Shown piece after piece: positions 9,213 to 19,423 of a DNA stretch of 39,160 nt. Position 1 is the stretch's first letter, and the number at the start of each line of letters is the position of its first letter. Made by a program: the position numbers and the translations under genes. Source of the stretch: Candidatus Woesearchaeota archaeon (lineage in GTDB: Archaea > Nanobdellota > Nanobdellia > Woesearchaeales > BM511); assembly GCA_023266675.1 (NCBI GenBank), contig JAHFPP010000005.1:1-39160 (forward strand), read 5' to 3'. The notes below the pieces were generated by a model. The model was not told the origin of the DNA and searched no databases. It saw only the letters and a list, made by a program, of their open reading frames with translations.

Positions 9213-9896
9213 CTATTTCCCAAATCTTCTTTTTCTGCTGTTAAATTCATCTATACATAAATGAAGGTCTTCTTTTGTAAACTGCGGCCACATTTTATCA
9301 ATAAATATCAACTCTGCATACACTCCTTGCCATGGAAGAAAACCTGAAGTTCTTTTCTCGCCACTAGTTCGTATTATCAAATCAACATCATTTTTAATGT
9401 AAAGATTATCGGAAATAATTTTCTCATCAATATTTTCCAAACTGACTTTTTTTGATATTATTTTCTTAACTGCATTTATTATCTCACTTCGCCCACCATA
9501 TGCCATTGCAAAATTAACAGTCATGTCTTTGTTGTTTTTTGTTTTTGATTCAATCGACGCCATAATTGTTTGTATCTCCTTTGGAAAAAGGGTTTTATCT
9601 CCTGCAAAAGTTATCTTTATTTTATCAATGTACTTTTTATCTTCTGCAAATTCCTTAAATCCTTTTTTGAAAAGCTTCATCAAAAACTCAACTTCAATTT
9701 TTGGTCTGTTAAAATTCTCTGTTGAGAATGTGAAAAGTGTGAGTTCATTAATTTTTAATGCAAGGCATTCTTCAACTATTTCAATGACTTTTTTTGCGCC
9801 TTCTTCATGGCCTTTCCATGGCTGCATGCTTAATTTTTCTGCGTAACGTCTGTTGCCGTCAAGAATTATTCCTATATGTCTTAATTTTTCACTCAT
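9213..9896 (-). CDS. uppS: cis-prenyltransferase (undecaprenyl diphosphate synthase)
   Basis: HIGIILDGNRR, FSTENFNR, YGGRSEI, DLIIRTSGEKRTSGFL, RRFG. Confidence 0.96.
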   Translation of the reverse strand: MSEKLRHIGIILDGNRRYAEKLSMQPWKGHEEGAKKVIEIVEECLALKINELTLFTFSTENFNRPKIEVEFLMKLFKKGFKEFAEDKKYIDKIKITFAGDKTLFPKEIQTIMASIESKTKNNKDMTVNFAMAYGGRSEIINAVKKIISKKVSLENIDEKIISDNLYIKNDVDLIIRTSGEKRTSGFLPWQGVYAELIFIDKMWPQFTKEDLHLCIDEFNSRKRRFGK

Positions 9897-9980
9897 ACAG
9901 GTTATTAAACATATTTCTATTTAAAACTCTTTCCAAATTGATATAACTTATTCAAAAGATAATGCAGAAAAAAATAAAAA

Positions 9981-10301
9981 TCAGTTTGTCAATAAAAGGA
10001 GTATAGCCAAGTCTTCACTCGCTTTAAGCGAATGAGGCGCATTTTTTGGCATGAATATGAAGACTCCTTCTTTCATATCGATTTCTTTGTCAAAGAGTGT
10101 AAAAGTTCCTTCTCCTTTTAAAACCTGCACAACACCATTCCTTGCTGATGTATGGGTGTCTATATCTGTTCCTTTTGATAGACACATCAACGTGTAATTG
10201 TAGCTGTCAGATTTTGCAAGGACGGTGCTAAATACGCCTTCCTTTGGAAACTTCATCAATTCGTTTAAATCTTTAAAAAATCCGTGGTCTTTGTCAATCA
10301 T
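9981..10301 (-). CDS. Cupin domain protein
   Basis: HTS...QVLKGEG...MPKNAPHSLKA cupin motifs; GGTGA SD. Confidence 0.88.
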   Translation of the reverse strand: MIDKDHGFFKDLNELMKFPKEGVFSTVLAKSDSYNYTLMCLSKGTDIDTHTSARNGVVQVLKGEGTFTLFDKEIDMKEGVFIFMPKNAPHSLKASEDLAILLLLTN

Positions 10302-10458
10302 TCTAAACTCACCTTCTTATTTGTTTTATCGTTTAATATATCTTATGCTCTTGAATCAATCGGTTGTATTTAAATTATGTCTTTACTTTGGAACAACTTA
10401 TTTATTCTCTTATTTCAAAACAAAAAGAAATAAATAGTGCACATAGATTACATGGTTC

Positions 10459-11238
10459 ATGATAGTTGACGTACATGCGCATCTTGACCATCCAGACATT
10501 GAAAAGAGGATTGATGAAGTAATTCTAAACGCAAAAAATGCAGGAGTCAAGCTTATTGTAACAAATGGGATAAATCATGCAACAAACGTAAAATCACTTC
10601 TGCTTTCAAAAAAATATGATATAATCAAGTGTGCACTAGGCTTTTACCCTCAGGATGCTTTAAAAAAAGAAGTCGGAAGCGGCGAATACCCGCTGGCGCT
10701 TGCTGAAGAGCATATTGACGACGAGATAAACTTCATTGAAAAACACAAAAACGACATAATCGCAATAGGCGAAGTCGGTCTTGACTATCAGAACGGGCAT
10801 GACAAGGAAACCCAGAAAGATGCATTTCTAAAAATAATCAATCTAGCTAAAACGCTTGACAAGCCTTTGATTATCCACTCAAGAAAGGCAGAGGAAGATG
10901 TTATCACCATGCTTGAAGAAAATCATGCAAAAAAAGTTGTTTTGCACTGTTTTTGCGGAAAAAAATCACTTGTAGCCCGCGCGTCAAAAAACGGGTGGAG
11001 CTTTTCAGTCCCAACAAACATTGTTAGAGCAGAAAATTTTCAGCTGCTTGTAAAAGAAGTTCCGCTATCCCAACTATTGACTGAGACTGATGCGCCTTAC
11101 CTTTCTCCGTTTAAGGAAAAGAAAAATGAGCCGGCATTCATTGTTGAGACTATAAAGAAGATTGCAGAGATAAAACAGATGGAAACAGAGGAAGTTGAGA
11201 ACATACTGTATATGAACTTTCAAAGATTATTTTTATAA
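10459..11238 (+). CDS. tatD: TatD family metallo-nuclease
   Basis: DVHAHL, IGEVGLD, IIHSRKA, LHCF, ETDAPY, NEP. Confidence 0.95.
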   Translation: MIVDVHAHLDHPDIEKRIDEVILNAKNAGVKLIVTNGINHATNVKSLLLSKKYDIIKCALGFYPQDALKKEVGSGEYPLALAEEHIDDEINFIEKHKNDIIAIGEVGLDYQNGHDKETQKDAFLKIINLAKTLDKPLIIHSRKAEEDVITMLEENHAKKVVLHCFCGKKSLVARASKNGWSFSVPTNIVRAENFQLLVKEVPLSQLLTETDAPYLSPFKEKKNEPAFIVETIKKIAEIKQMETEEVENILYMNFQRLFL

Positions 11239-11241
11239 AAA

Positions 11242-12222
11242 TTATAGAAAGTGACCTTTTAACATTATCAATGCCTGGTTGGTATCTTTGTATTGTGCGC
11301 TATTAGGTTGTAGATTTGGCAAAACATATCTTTCTCCAAAATCAACCAATACTCTTGCAACATCTCTTGTTTTTCCTCTTACTAAATGCACTGAAACTGG
11401 CTTTTGACCATCTACAAATATTTTAACATCTCCACCATTTGATTCCCTGATCCCTCCATAGTTCATATGGATATTATCAGTTTTTAATATTTCATCACCT
11501 TTAACAATTGCCTCAATCCTTCTATAATCCAGAAATCGGTTTCCATCTGATGGTTTTTTTAATCCGATGGAATCAGCATAATCTTCAAGCATATCCCTGT
11601 TTTCTTTTCTTACTTCATCAAATGCATATGATCTTCTTGTGTCTTTGCTTGTATTATAGACGATAACTCTTGCATTCTTCACCAACTCATCTAATTTTGT
11701 AGGGCGGTCTTCTGCTTTAACATCACTTAACCTTGGAAGAACTTTTTCCAATAGGTAGGGTGTGATAGTAATATTGTTAGGTGTTGACTCGCCAGGAAAC
11801 ATCTTCTTTTCATAACTGATTAATTCATCAATTTTCGAGAGAGCAAACATCGTTGTAGGAAGATCAAGCGGAGAAGTGACTGCAGCGATATTATCAAGGC
11901 TTTTTGAAGCATCATATTGTGTTTGATTATCCCAAAATATTATTCCCATCTTTAGCGCAAATCTTACTGCAAAATCAGAAGACTCACTTCGGTAATTATG
12001 TGCATCTTCACTTACTTTAAATTCAAAATCTTTAGGAATCTTCTTTCCTTCTGTCATTCTTCTTGCTTTTTCTATAATTCCTTCTTTAGTGTAGGGAGGG
12101 TCAAGTAATTCTAAACAGACATCAAAATTACCGAGAAGTGATTGGGAAAGAAAAGCTCTCTTTGTATTAGCTTCCAAAGAACTGTTCGTACTGCTTGTTA
12201 TTTCATTCACCAATCTAAACAC
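11242..12222 (-). CDS. Hypothetical protein (start uncertain)
   Basis: 326 aa ORF with no recognised motif. Confidence 0.7.
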   Translation of the reverse strand: MFRLVNEITSSTNSSLEANTKRAFLSQSLLGNFDVCLELLDPPYTKEGIIEKARRMTEGKKIPKDFEFKVSEDAHNYRSESSDFAVRFALKMGIIFWDNQTQYDASKSLDNIAAVTSPLDLPTTMFALSKIDELISYEKKMFPGESTPNNITITPYLLEKVLPRLSDVKAEDRPTKLDELVKNARVIVYNTSKDTRRSYAFDEVRKENRDMLEDYADSIGLKKPSDGNRFLDYRRIEAIVKGDEILKTDNIHMNYGGIRESNGGDVKIFVDGQKPVSVHLVRGKTRDVARVLVDFGERYVLPNLQPNSAQYKDTNQALIMLKGHFL

Positions 12223-12328
12223 TCATGTTATAATTTTTGTTTTCTTTGGAAAACCTTGGTTTAATATTTAAACATTTCTATTTAGTACTTTTAAGTGGTC
12301 TTATATTTTTATGCAATATCCTTTTCGG

Positions 12329-12503
12329 TGTTATTGAAAAGTTAATCGTCTGCGCCATTAATAGCAATTATTTGGATACAAATCCACAACAATAAAATTG
12401 TTGGGAGCCAAAAACTTTGTTTTTGAGCTAATGGCGTTGCCAGACGGAATCGAACGAAGCGGTTTTGCGTAGTGAGATGAAGTAGAGTAACTTTTCAATA
12501 ACA
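12329..12503. repeat. 175-nt nested inverted-repeat element (MITE-like or structured RNA)
   Basis: Perfect 16-bp terminal IR tgttattgaaaagtta/taacttttcaataaca; inner stems cgtctg/cagacg and cgccatta/taatggcg; three internal hairpins. Confidence 0.75.
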
Positions 12504-12549
12504 TCCTTTTTTCAAAAACTTTATTAACATCCGGATTAATTCAATCATC

Positions 12550-13221
12550 ATGAAAACAATAGTGATTAAGCTTGGCGGCTCAATTGTTGCGCCAGATGAT
12601 GTTGATTCCAAACTCCTGACCGAATTCAAATCAATAATCGAGTCATATGTAAAAAAAGGATATCACTTTGCAATAATTGTCGGAGGCGGAAAAGTCTGCA
12701 GAAACTACCAGAATGCTGCAAGTAAAATCATCGGAACCAATCCAAAAACCCTTGATTGGCTTGGTATTGAAGTTACAAAGCTAAATGCGTACTTTGTAAA
12801 AACAATATTTGGGGAACTTGCAGACAAAAAAATAGTCACTGATTATTCCAAAAAAATATCCACAAAAAAACCGATTCTGATAGGTGCAGGCTACAAGCCT
12901 GACTGGAGCACATCATACGACGCTATAATGCTTTCAAAAAAACTTGGTGGAAATGAATTAATAGTTCTTTCAAACATAAGCCATGTGTATGACAAAGACC
13001 CAAAAAAATTTAAGGATGCAAAACCATATGACAACCTTTCCTGGGATATGATGCTAAAAATATGCTCTGGACCCTGGACGCCAGGTCTTAACGCTCCGCT
13101 TGACCCAATGGCAGCGTCTCTTGGTGCAAAATACAAAACAAAGGTTGTATTCTTGGATGGATTTGAAAATCTGAAAAATTATCTTGATAAAAAGAGTTTT
13201 GTTGGAACAGTTATAAACTAA
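12550..13221 (+). CDS. pyrH: UMP kinase (archaeal type)
   Basis: VIKLGGS, IVGGG...RNYQ, DWLGI, STSYDA, VYDKDP, LDPMA, GTVI. Confidence 0.95.
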   Translation: MKTIVIKLGGSIVAPDDVDSKLLTEFKSIIESYVKKGYHFAIIVGGGKVCRNYQNAASKIIGTNPKTLDWLGIEVTKLNAYFVKTIFGELADKKIVTDYSKKISTKKPILIGAGYKPDWSTSYDAIMLSKKLGGNELIVLSNISHVYDKDPKKFKDAKPYDNLSWDMMLKICSGPWTPGLNAPLDPMAASLGAKYKTKVVFLDGFENLKNYLDKKSFVGTVIN

Positions 13222-13296
13222 CTAAGCATCTTTTATATTGACTACTATTCTCTTAACTTACAAAATTATTTAAACCCTTGAACTTAAGACACTTAT

Positions 13297-14574
13297 ATGA
13301 AAAGAGGTTTGGATAAAAAAGGATTGAATCAGATAGACTGGGTGATATCACTCGCCATTTTCCTGCTTTATATTGCATGGTTTTTTATCTTCCTAAAACC
13401 GCAGATACAAATTTCCTCATATCTCTCACCGCTGGGGTATGACGTAAAAGAGAGCTTTAAAAACGATTTTTATTACTCGATTGACAAATACCCAATTTTT
13501 TTTGCTTCCTCAAAGATTCAGAACGATACTCCTATATTTTTTGACTTCAACAACAAAACAGGAAAGAACTTTGACATAAGTGGCGGCAAAGACTATTTTC
13601 TCTATAAAAACCGCATGCTGGCACTTCAAAACTTTAACAACGATACAACATATCTCTGGGTAGTCGAGTCAGATAAGACGTATACACACACAAATAAAAA
13701 ACTTGACTTAATAAAATTCAATGACACAATTACAACATCAAAAGGACTTCTTGCAAGATTCAATAATTCTTTGCTAAATCACTTAAGTTACAACAACAAT
13801 AATATCGCAGATATAGAGTTTGGGATAAACTCCTATGGATTTACGCCGCAAACATCAAACTTTACTGAGTACATCATTCTTTCAGAATACAAAGCTAAAA
13901 CCCAACCTATAACACTTTTTACACGAGTCATTGCAAAAAACTCACTGATATGGTTTAGCGCTGAAAAAAATGATGTTGATGCAGCAAATAACCTCTTAAT
14001 GAAATACTCAGTTTATGGTGTCACAAATTATTTCTCAGACAATTCCCATTACGGAAACATCTCATCGTGTGAGTCATATCAGAATGATTTTCTGAAAGTT
14101 TATAACCAGAGATTTTCTATGTCATTTATCCTTCCTCAAAACACTTCAATATCATTCTGCAAGAATTCAACAGTCACGCGCTTAAATATCACGATGCGAA
14201 TTAACACCCAAAAAGATTTCTTTCTGATACTAGACACACCATTGTTTAAAGAGGAGAACTTTACGGACTATTCAATCTATTCAGGAGTCAAGCAAAACAT
14301 CGCAGGATTGGATTACTCTATCTTGTCAAACGAAACATATACAACCTACAAAACCAAAAAAACAGAGTGGGGTGTTTCCAATGATAATAATTTTCAAATT
14401 ATAGTGTGGAATTCAAGTCTTAATAATCTTTTGATGCGGGAGAATAACACTGTTTTTATTTTAGGGGATGCTCCATTGACAACTAGGGATGTTTACTCAA
14501 CTGAGTACCGTGATTTTATATTAAATGAAAACGGTGAAACGTCAGAGGTAACGGTGAGTGTAAAAACATGGTAG
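13297..14574 (+). CDS. Secreted protein with class III (type IV pilin-like) signal peptide
   Basis: MKRGLDKKG followed by a hydrophobic helix; many N-x-S/T sequons. Confidence 0.65.
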   Translation: MKRGLDKKGLNQIDWVISLAIFLLYIAWFFIFLKPQIQISSYLSPLGYDVKESFKNDFYYSIDKYPIFFASSKIQNDTPIFFDFNNKTGKNFDISGGKDYFLYKNRMLALQNFNNDTTYLWVVESDKTYTHTNKKLDLIKFNDTITTSKGLLARFNNSLLNHLSYNNNNIADIEFGINSYGFTPQTSNFTEYIILSEYKAKTQPITLFTRVIAKNSLIWFSAEKNDVDAANNLLMKYSVYGVTNYFSDNSHYGNISSCESYQNDFLKVYNQRFSMSFILPQNTSISFCKNSTVTRLNITMRINTQKDFFLILDTPLFKEENFTDYSIYSGVKQNIAGLDYSILSNETYTTYKTKKTEWGVSNDNNFQIIVWNSSLNNLLMRENNTVFILGDAPLTTRDVYSTEYRDFILNENGETSEVTVSVKTW

Positions 14575-14975
14575 CACTAAAACTAAAAAAACATGTGTTT
14601 GGAAAAAAAGCGTACTTAAAGACTCTTGAGGCGTTTTTGGCTTTGATAATCACTTTTGCATTTGTATTATATCTTATCCCAACTCCTGAAAATGATGTAA
14701 CCCAAGACACTTCAACTCTTCTCTCTTCCATGATTAAACGTGAAACTTTTCGTGTATACGCGGCAAATCTTACAACATGTATCTACAAAGGAGAAAACAC
14801 TTCCATAAATGTCCTATTAGATACTGAATTAAAAACCTATATCAACTATTCTATCTGCTTACAAGGAGACATCCCTTCTCTTCCACGAAAAAAAGTAAAT
14901 GTTGAATCTGTGTATATAACAGGGAATCTTACTGACCGAAATGACAGGATAATAAAACTGTATTATTGGGAATAG
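14568..14975 (+). CDS. Pilin-like protein with class III signal peptide
   Basis: GKKA|YLKTLEAFLALIITFAFVLYLI; overlaps the upstream gene; GGTGA SD. Confidence 0.65.
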   Translation: MVALKLKKHVFGKKAYLKTLEAFLALIITFAFVLYLIPTPENDVTQDTSTLLSSMIKRETFRVYAANLTTCIYKGENTSINVLLDTELKTYINYSICLQGDIPSLPRKKVNVESVYITGNLTDRNDRIIKLYYWE

Positions 14976-15032
14976 CTTTTGGGAAAGTTATTTAAAGACA
15001 AAACATCTAGATATAATAAAAGAGGTGTAGAT

Positions 15033-15263
15033 TTGAAAATAACAATAGATACAAAACTAGATTCTACTGATGATATAAGAAAAGCTATCTCATTTTTACA
15101 GGAATTTTTAGATGATTCCGTACCAACTTCAATTTCTAATCAAACATTCAAAAAAAGGTCAACTCCTGATGACTCAACTCTTGATTTAGCTGATGCGATA
15201 AGCGAAAAAAAGCAGAGCGGCTCCAAAAAAACTGATTCAAAGCCAAAAGATGGCGATCTTTAA
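15033..15263 (+). CDS. Small hypothetical protein
   Basis: GAGGTG SD before the TTG at 15033 (MKITIDTKLDSTDDIRKAISFL...). Confidence 0.6.
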   Translation: MKITIDTKLDSTDDIRKAISFLQEFLDDSVPTSISNQTFKKRSTPDDSTLDLADAISEKKQSGSKKTDSKPKDGDL

Positions 15264-15277
15264 CTAACGGTGTACTG

Positions 15278-15847
15278 ATGGTGCGACAAATAAAAAAACA
15301 AAATTTAAAGCAGCCAGAAACTCCTGCAGGAAATAGAATCGATGAAATTCGAGCGGAGCTTGAGCAGGAAGAAATGGACTTGACTGAAATACGCGAACTT
15401 GTTGCAAAAATGAAAGAGAAAATAATCGATAAAGAACCAAATTATTTTTCAAAAAAAGACATACTAAAAATCGCTTTTGGGTCGCTTGCTGTCGGGTTTG
15501 CATTCATTTTCTCAAGCGCTTTGATAAAAACAGCTTTGAATCTTGATGTCTTTCACATTGAACTTATAATAATCTCAACACTTGTTTTGCTTATACTCCA
15601 AATCTATTTTGTATGGTTTAACCTTGTAAAAGACAAGACTAAGCGAAAATTCGGGGAGTTTTTAACTAAACGCCTTACAACACTCTATATAGTGGCAATA
15701 TTGTCCTCATTTTTTCTCATATACATCTTCAACATAGATTCTCAGCTTCTGACATTTCTTGACGTCATGAAGCTTGTAGTTATGATGTCAATGCCATGCT
15801 CACTTGGCGCAGCAATTCCAAGCCTTATTGGCTCAAATGAGATTTGA
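15278..15847 (+). CDS. Four-TM membrane protein with N-terminal coiled coil (DUF2391-like)
   Basis: FSKKDILKIAFGSL, four hydrophobic segments, C-terminal SLGAAIP. Confidence 0.65.
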   Translation: MVRQIKKQNLKQPETPAGNRIDEIRAELEQEEMDLTEIRELVAKMKEKIIDKEPNYFSKKDILKIAFGSLAVGFAFIFSSALIKTALNLDVFHIELIIISTLVLLILQIYFVWFNLVKDKTKRKFGEFLTKRLTTLYIVAILSSFFLIYIFNIDSQLLTFLDVMKLVVMMSMPCSLGAAIPSLIGSNEI

Positions 15848-15987
15848 CATCTTTTACATCTCGGCTAGAAGATGATTTGCAGATTAAATATCACTGAACT
15901 ATTCTGCAAAATTTCGCGGTATGTTGTGCAGCAAAACAAATCGGTTAATGGCTGTTAGTCTTTCAAACACTAATCGACTATTTTTTC

Positions 15988-16545
15988 TCAGTAATGATAT
16001 TTACTCAGATAAAAAGTTATATCACCTGGGCTGTAATTGAATCCAAGTCTATTAATTCTATCTGCAACCGCGCCTCTGCTGGATAAGTGTTTTTCTATAT
16101 CTAAAATTTCAACAGCCCATGAACCATTCCAATTCTCTACATCTGGTTTGATAGTTGCACCATAAATCAGATAACTTCCCTTATCACTCCAACCTTTTAT
16201 CTCATGAAAAAGAAAATATAAAGAATTACTGTCCGCTAAATATCCTACTATTTTTGGGTGAGATTTAAATGGGAGGTAGTATTCTCCTGACGGAAATTTG
16301 TATGCTAAAGTAAATGGCAACGGTATGCGTCCATTATTCATCATGACTTCTAACGGATTTTCTGCTTTATACCTCTCTTTATATTCGCGAGCAGTACGCT
16401 CAAAATCCTTTGAATTGATTCCCATTTCCGTTAGGTGCATATCATTGGTGTCTGTATGTTGAATTGGCTTTCTATCGTGAGTTTCGACCACTACTCTTTC
16501 AATGGATAATTCTCTTCCAAATATTATGCTGAAATTATCTGACAT
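15988..16545 (-). CDS. Hypothetical protein
   Basis: 185 aa ORF; GGTGGAG SD upstream on the minus strand. Confidence 0.7.
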   Translation of the reverse strand: MSDNFSIIFGRELSIERVVVETHDRKPIQHTDTNDMHLTEMGINSKDFERTAREYKERYKAENPLEVMMNNGRIPLPFTLAYKFPSGEYYLPFKSHPKIVGYLADSNSLYFLFHEIKGWSDKGSYLIYGATIKPDVENWNGSWAVEILDIEKHLSSRGAVADRINRLGFNYSPGDITFYLSKYHY

Positions 16546-16639
16546 TTTATTGTTTTCTCCACCTGCATATTTTGTTACTACTGGAATGATATACTTATTA
16601 ATAAATATTATGCTATATTTTTTCTATAAAAACACAATA

Positions 16640-16647
16640 TTTATAAA
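16640..16647 (+). promoter_or_regulatory. TATA box for the Lrp/AsnC gene
   Basis: TTTATAAA starts 30 nt before ATG 16670; the same spacing recurs at several genes. Confidence 0.7.
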
Positions 16648-16669
16648 TAAATGTAGTATAATAGAAACT

Positions 16670-17626
16670 ATGATAAAATTAAGTCAGAAAGACAGAAAAA
16701 TACTTGCAATATTAAGCATAAATGCAAGGGCAACTTATTCGCAGATAGGAGTTAAAACAAGGATGCATAAAGATACAGTCGCCTATAGAATAAAACAGCT
16801 TGAGAAAAATAGTATAATATATGGTTATACTGCTTTTTTTGATTATTCCCTGCTTGGATATCGTGTTTATAAAATATATATTAAATTTAAAGGCTTGAAA
16901 CATGAAGATCATGAACAAATCATAGATTACCTAAAAAAACAGAAAAATGTCGGCTGGTTAGCAGAAGGAAACGGAAGCTGGGATATGATTATAGGTGTTA
17001 ATGAATATAATGTTCAAGATTTTTATACTCTTAAATTAGCTTTTGAGAGCAAGTTTAGCTATAACATCGCAGAGATTTCAACATCTACGCAGATTCAGGC
17101 TTATTTTTATCCTAGAACATATATTTATCCTTCACATAGGGAAGAAGTAATCCTCTACTCAAATAGAAAAAATATAGTTATAGACAAAAAAGATAAAGAT
17201 ATACTTACTGAACTTGCTGTTAATTCAAGAAATTCCATAATAAATATAGCAGACAAAACCAAATTAAGTGTCAGAACTGTCGGATACAGAATAAATCAAC
17301 TTGAGAAAAGAAAAGTAATCCTGCAATGCCGCGCTTCTATCAACCTAGAGAAAATAAATCATATTTTCATCAAAGCATTTATCAAACTGCATGATATTAC
17401 CACGGAAACAAGAAGAAAAATCCTTTTATTTTTTCGGCAAAACAATAATGTTGTCCATAATGTCGAGTCTTTGGGAGAGTGGGAGTTAGAACCTGAGTTT
17501 GAAATAGAGAATATAAGTGAATTCCACCGCATATTAAATGAGTTTAGAGTGCGTTTTTCATCCAATATCATCAGGATAGATTCTATGATAATTAACAAAG
17601 AACACAAATACAGGTATGTTCCATAA
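16670..17626 (+). CDS. Tandem (double) Lrp/AsnC family transcriptional regulator
   Basis: Two HTH+RAM units: LSQKDRKILAILSINAR...VAYRIKQLE and IDKKDKDILTELAVNSR...VGYRINQLE. Confidence 0.92.
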   Translation: MIKLSQKDRKILAILSINARATYSQIGVKTRMHKDTVAYRIKQLEKNSIIYGYTAFFDYSLLGYRVYKIYIKFKGLKHEDHEQIIDYLKKQKNVGWLAEGNGSWDMIIGVNEYNVQDFYTLKLAFESKFSYNIAEISTSTQIQAYFYPRTYIYPSHREEVILYSNRKNIVIDKKDKDILTELAVNSRNSIINIADKTKLSVRTVGYRINQLEKRKVILQCRASINLEKINHIFIKAFIKLHDITTETRRKILLFFRQNNNVVHNVESLGEWELEPEFEIENISEFHRILNEFRVRFSSNIIRIDSMIINKEHKYRYVP

Positions 17627-17779
17627 TTAAAACATCTTAAAATTAACAGTTTTTTAACTGGCTTTTGCATCAGTAATTCGTTGGTTTACCATATTATCAT
17701 TTGTCACGAGGATTGAAATTAACCATCTGTTAAACTCCTAACACAAACTTTTAAAAACAGATTTTGAATTCTATCAGTA

Positions 17780-18859
17780 ATGAGTGCAATTAAGAAAACA
17801 AAATATGAATCATTTCGCTACGGTACATTTGCAAAAGGATGCAGGCTTTGCGTTACTGGCGAGAAATCCGTGCTTTTTGTGACAGGAAAATGTTCTCAAA
17901 ACTGCTATTACTGCTCACTATCAGACAACAAGAAAAATAATGAAAATATAATAATAAATGAGTGGGAAACAAAAAATTTCAATGATGTCTTGACCGAAAT
18001 AAAGCTTTGCGGCTCAAAAGGCGCAGGCATAACTGGCGGCGACCCGCTTTTAGTAATTGATAAGACTGTGTCTTTGATTAGACTTTTAAAAAAGAATTTT
18101 GGGAAAAAGTTTCATCTTCACTTATACACTCCATTAAAGCTTGTGAATGAGGAGCGGCTTTCAAAACTTTACAGCGCCGGGCTTGATGAGATAAGATTTC
18201 ATCCTGACGTTGATGACACGCGTTTTTGGGAGCGAATTAATCTTGCAGGCAAATATAACTGGGACTTTGGTGTTGAGATACCCTCTCTTCCGCATAGGAT
18301 GGTTGAAACGAAGAAACTGATTGATTATCTTTCAGGAAAAATTCAGTTTATGAATATAAACGAGCTTGAATTATCTGATAATAATTCTCAAAGTTTTGAC
18401 GGATTAGATTTTAAACCAAAAGACCAAACATCATATGCAATAAAAGGAAGCCTTAAAACTGCAAAATCTCTTGCAGATTACGCATTCTCAAAAGGAATAA
18501 AAAATGTTCATTTTTGCACAGCAACACTAAAAGACAAATATCAGCTAAGGCAAAGAATACTTAGACGGGCAAAAAACTCGAAAAAGGATTACGACTTCAT
18601 GACAAAAGAAGGAATGCTTATACGCGGCGCAATATACTATGGCAATAACGAGCCTAAACCAATCATATCATGGATTAAAAAAGAATATGGTGTTCCACAA
18701 AGTCTTTTATCCATTGATTCAGCGCGAAATAGGATACTAACACGTGAAGATGTTGCTGAAAAGCTAAAACTTCCTCTTAAAAAGAAAAAACTTAAAGTTG
18801 CAATAGTTGAGGAGTATCCAACGCATGACTGCTTTCCCATTGAGGTTAATTATATTTAA
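17780..18859 (+). CDS. Radical SAM protein (archaeal COG2108-like family)
   Basis: GCRLC...LFVTGKCSQNCYYC (CxxxCxxC), ITGGDP, HLHLYT, GLDEIRFHP, NINELE, VEEYPT. Confidence 0.9.
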   Translation: MSAIKKTKYESFRYGTFAKGCRLCVTGEKSVLFVTGKCSQNCYYCSLSDNKKNNENIIINEWETKNFNDVLTEIKLCGSKGAGITGGDPLLVIDKTVSLIRLLKKNFGKKFHLHLYTPLKLVNEERLSKLYSAGLDEIRFHPDVDDTRFWERINLAGKYNWDFGVEIPSLPHRMVETKKLIDYLSGKIQFMNINELELSDNNSQSFDGLDFKPKDQTSYAIKGSLKTAKSLADYAFSKGIKNVHFCTATLKDKYQLRQRILRRAKNSKKDYDFMTKEGMLIRGAIYYGNNEPKPIISWIKKEYGVPQSLLSIDSARNRILTREDVAEKLKLPLKKKKLKVAIVEEYPTHDCFPIEVNYI

Positions 18860-18970
18860 GAAAATTCTTTTATCACGGTAAAAATTATATATTCAATGAA
18901 GCAAGAGAGTAACATGGTCAAGCGAAGAAGTTTAATTCATCTATTAAAAATATAAGAAATAATCTAAAAT

Positions 18971-19423
18971 TTATCTACTCAAATCTATTCTATTACTATA
19001 TGGTTCACCATATCCACTGATACCCTCTAAACAGTGTTCAAATCCATACCCTCTTAATTGTTCAAAAAACCACATTTTACGAGTCTCTTTTATTTTTTGA
19101 GGAACCGCCTTGAATATTTCAGTAATTCCTCCATCAAAATTTGAATGAAAACTTCCTTCCGTGAATAATAACCACGGATTTCCTTCAGTAAATCTTTTGT
19201 CATATTTTAATTCATCTAAAAAAGATTTAACAGTTCCGCCATTAAACGGAGAATTAAAAAATATCTCATTTTGTTCCCAATAAACTTTTTCTTGTTTTTT
19301 ACCAGATAACGCTAAATATTTATTAACATCAAATCCTGCTTTAGAAGGATCATAACAACCTTTAATATCATTTAAATCTAAATCTGAAACATTTATTCTT
19401 TCTATTAAATTTTGTTCTGACAT
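18971..19423 (-). CDS. Hypothetical protein
   Basis: 150 aa ORF with a TATA-like sequence upstream; no motif recognised. Confidence 0.7.
   Translation of the reverse strand: MSEQNLIERINVSDLDLNDIKGCYDPSKAGFDVNKYLALSGKKQEKVYWEQNEIFFNSPFNGGTVKSFLDELKYDKRFTEGNPWLLFTEGSFHSNFDGGITEIFKAVPQKIKETRKMWFFEQLRGYGFEHCLEGISGYGEPYSNRIDLSR

Noticed and set aside
15848..15987. Weak hairpins between convergent genes
   Set aside because: Short imperfect stems compatible with chance or simple termination; no recognisable RNA family.
16502..16669. 56-aa hydrophobic N-terminal extension of the Lrp regulator in the ORF track
   Set aside because: It overlaps the divergent gene and spans the AT-rich promoter; TATA spacing supports ATG 16670.
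7571..18859. AMMECR1 plus radical SAM as an AmmeMemoRadiSam system
   Set aside because: The genes are about 10 kb apart, no Memo gene is present, and the radical SAM looks like a different family.
18914..18955. 13-codon ORF MVKRRSLIHLLKI resembling a HicA toxin N-terminus
   Set aside because: Too short to support, with no continuation or antitoxin nearby.
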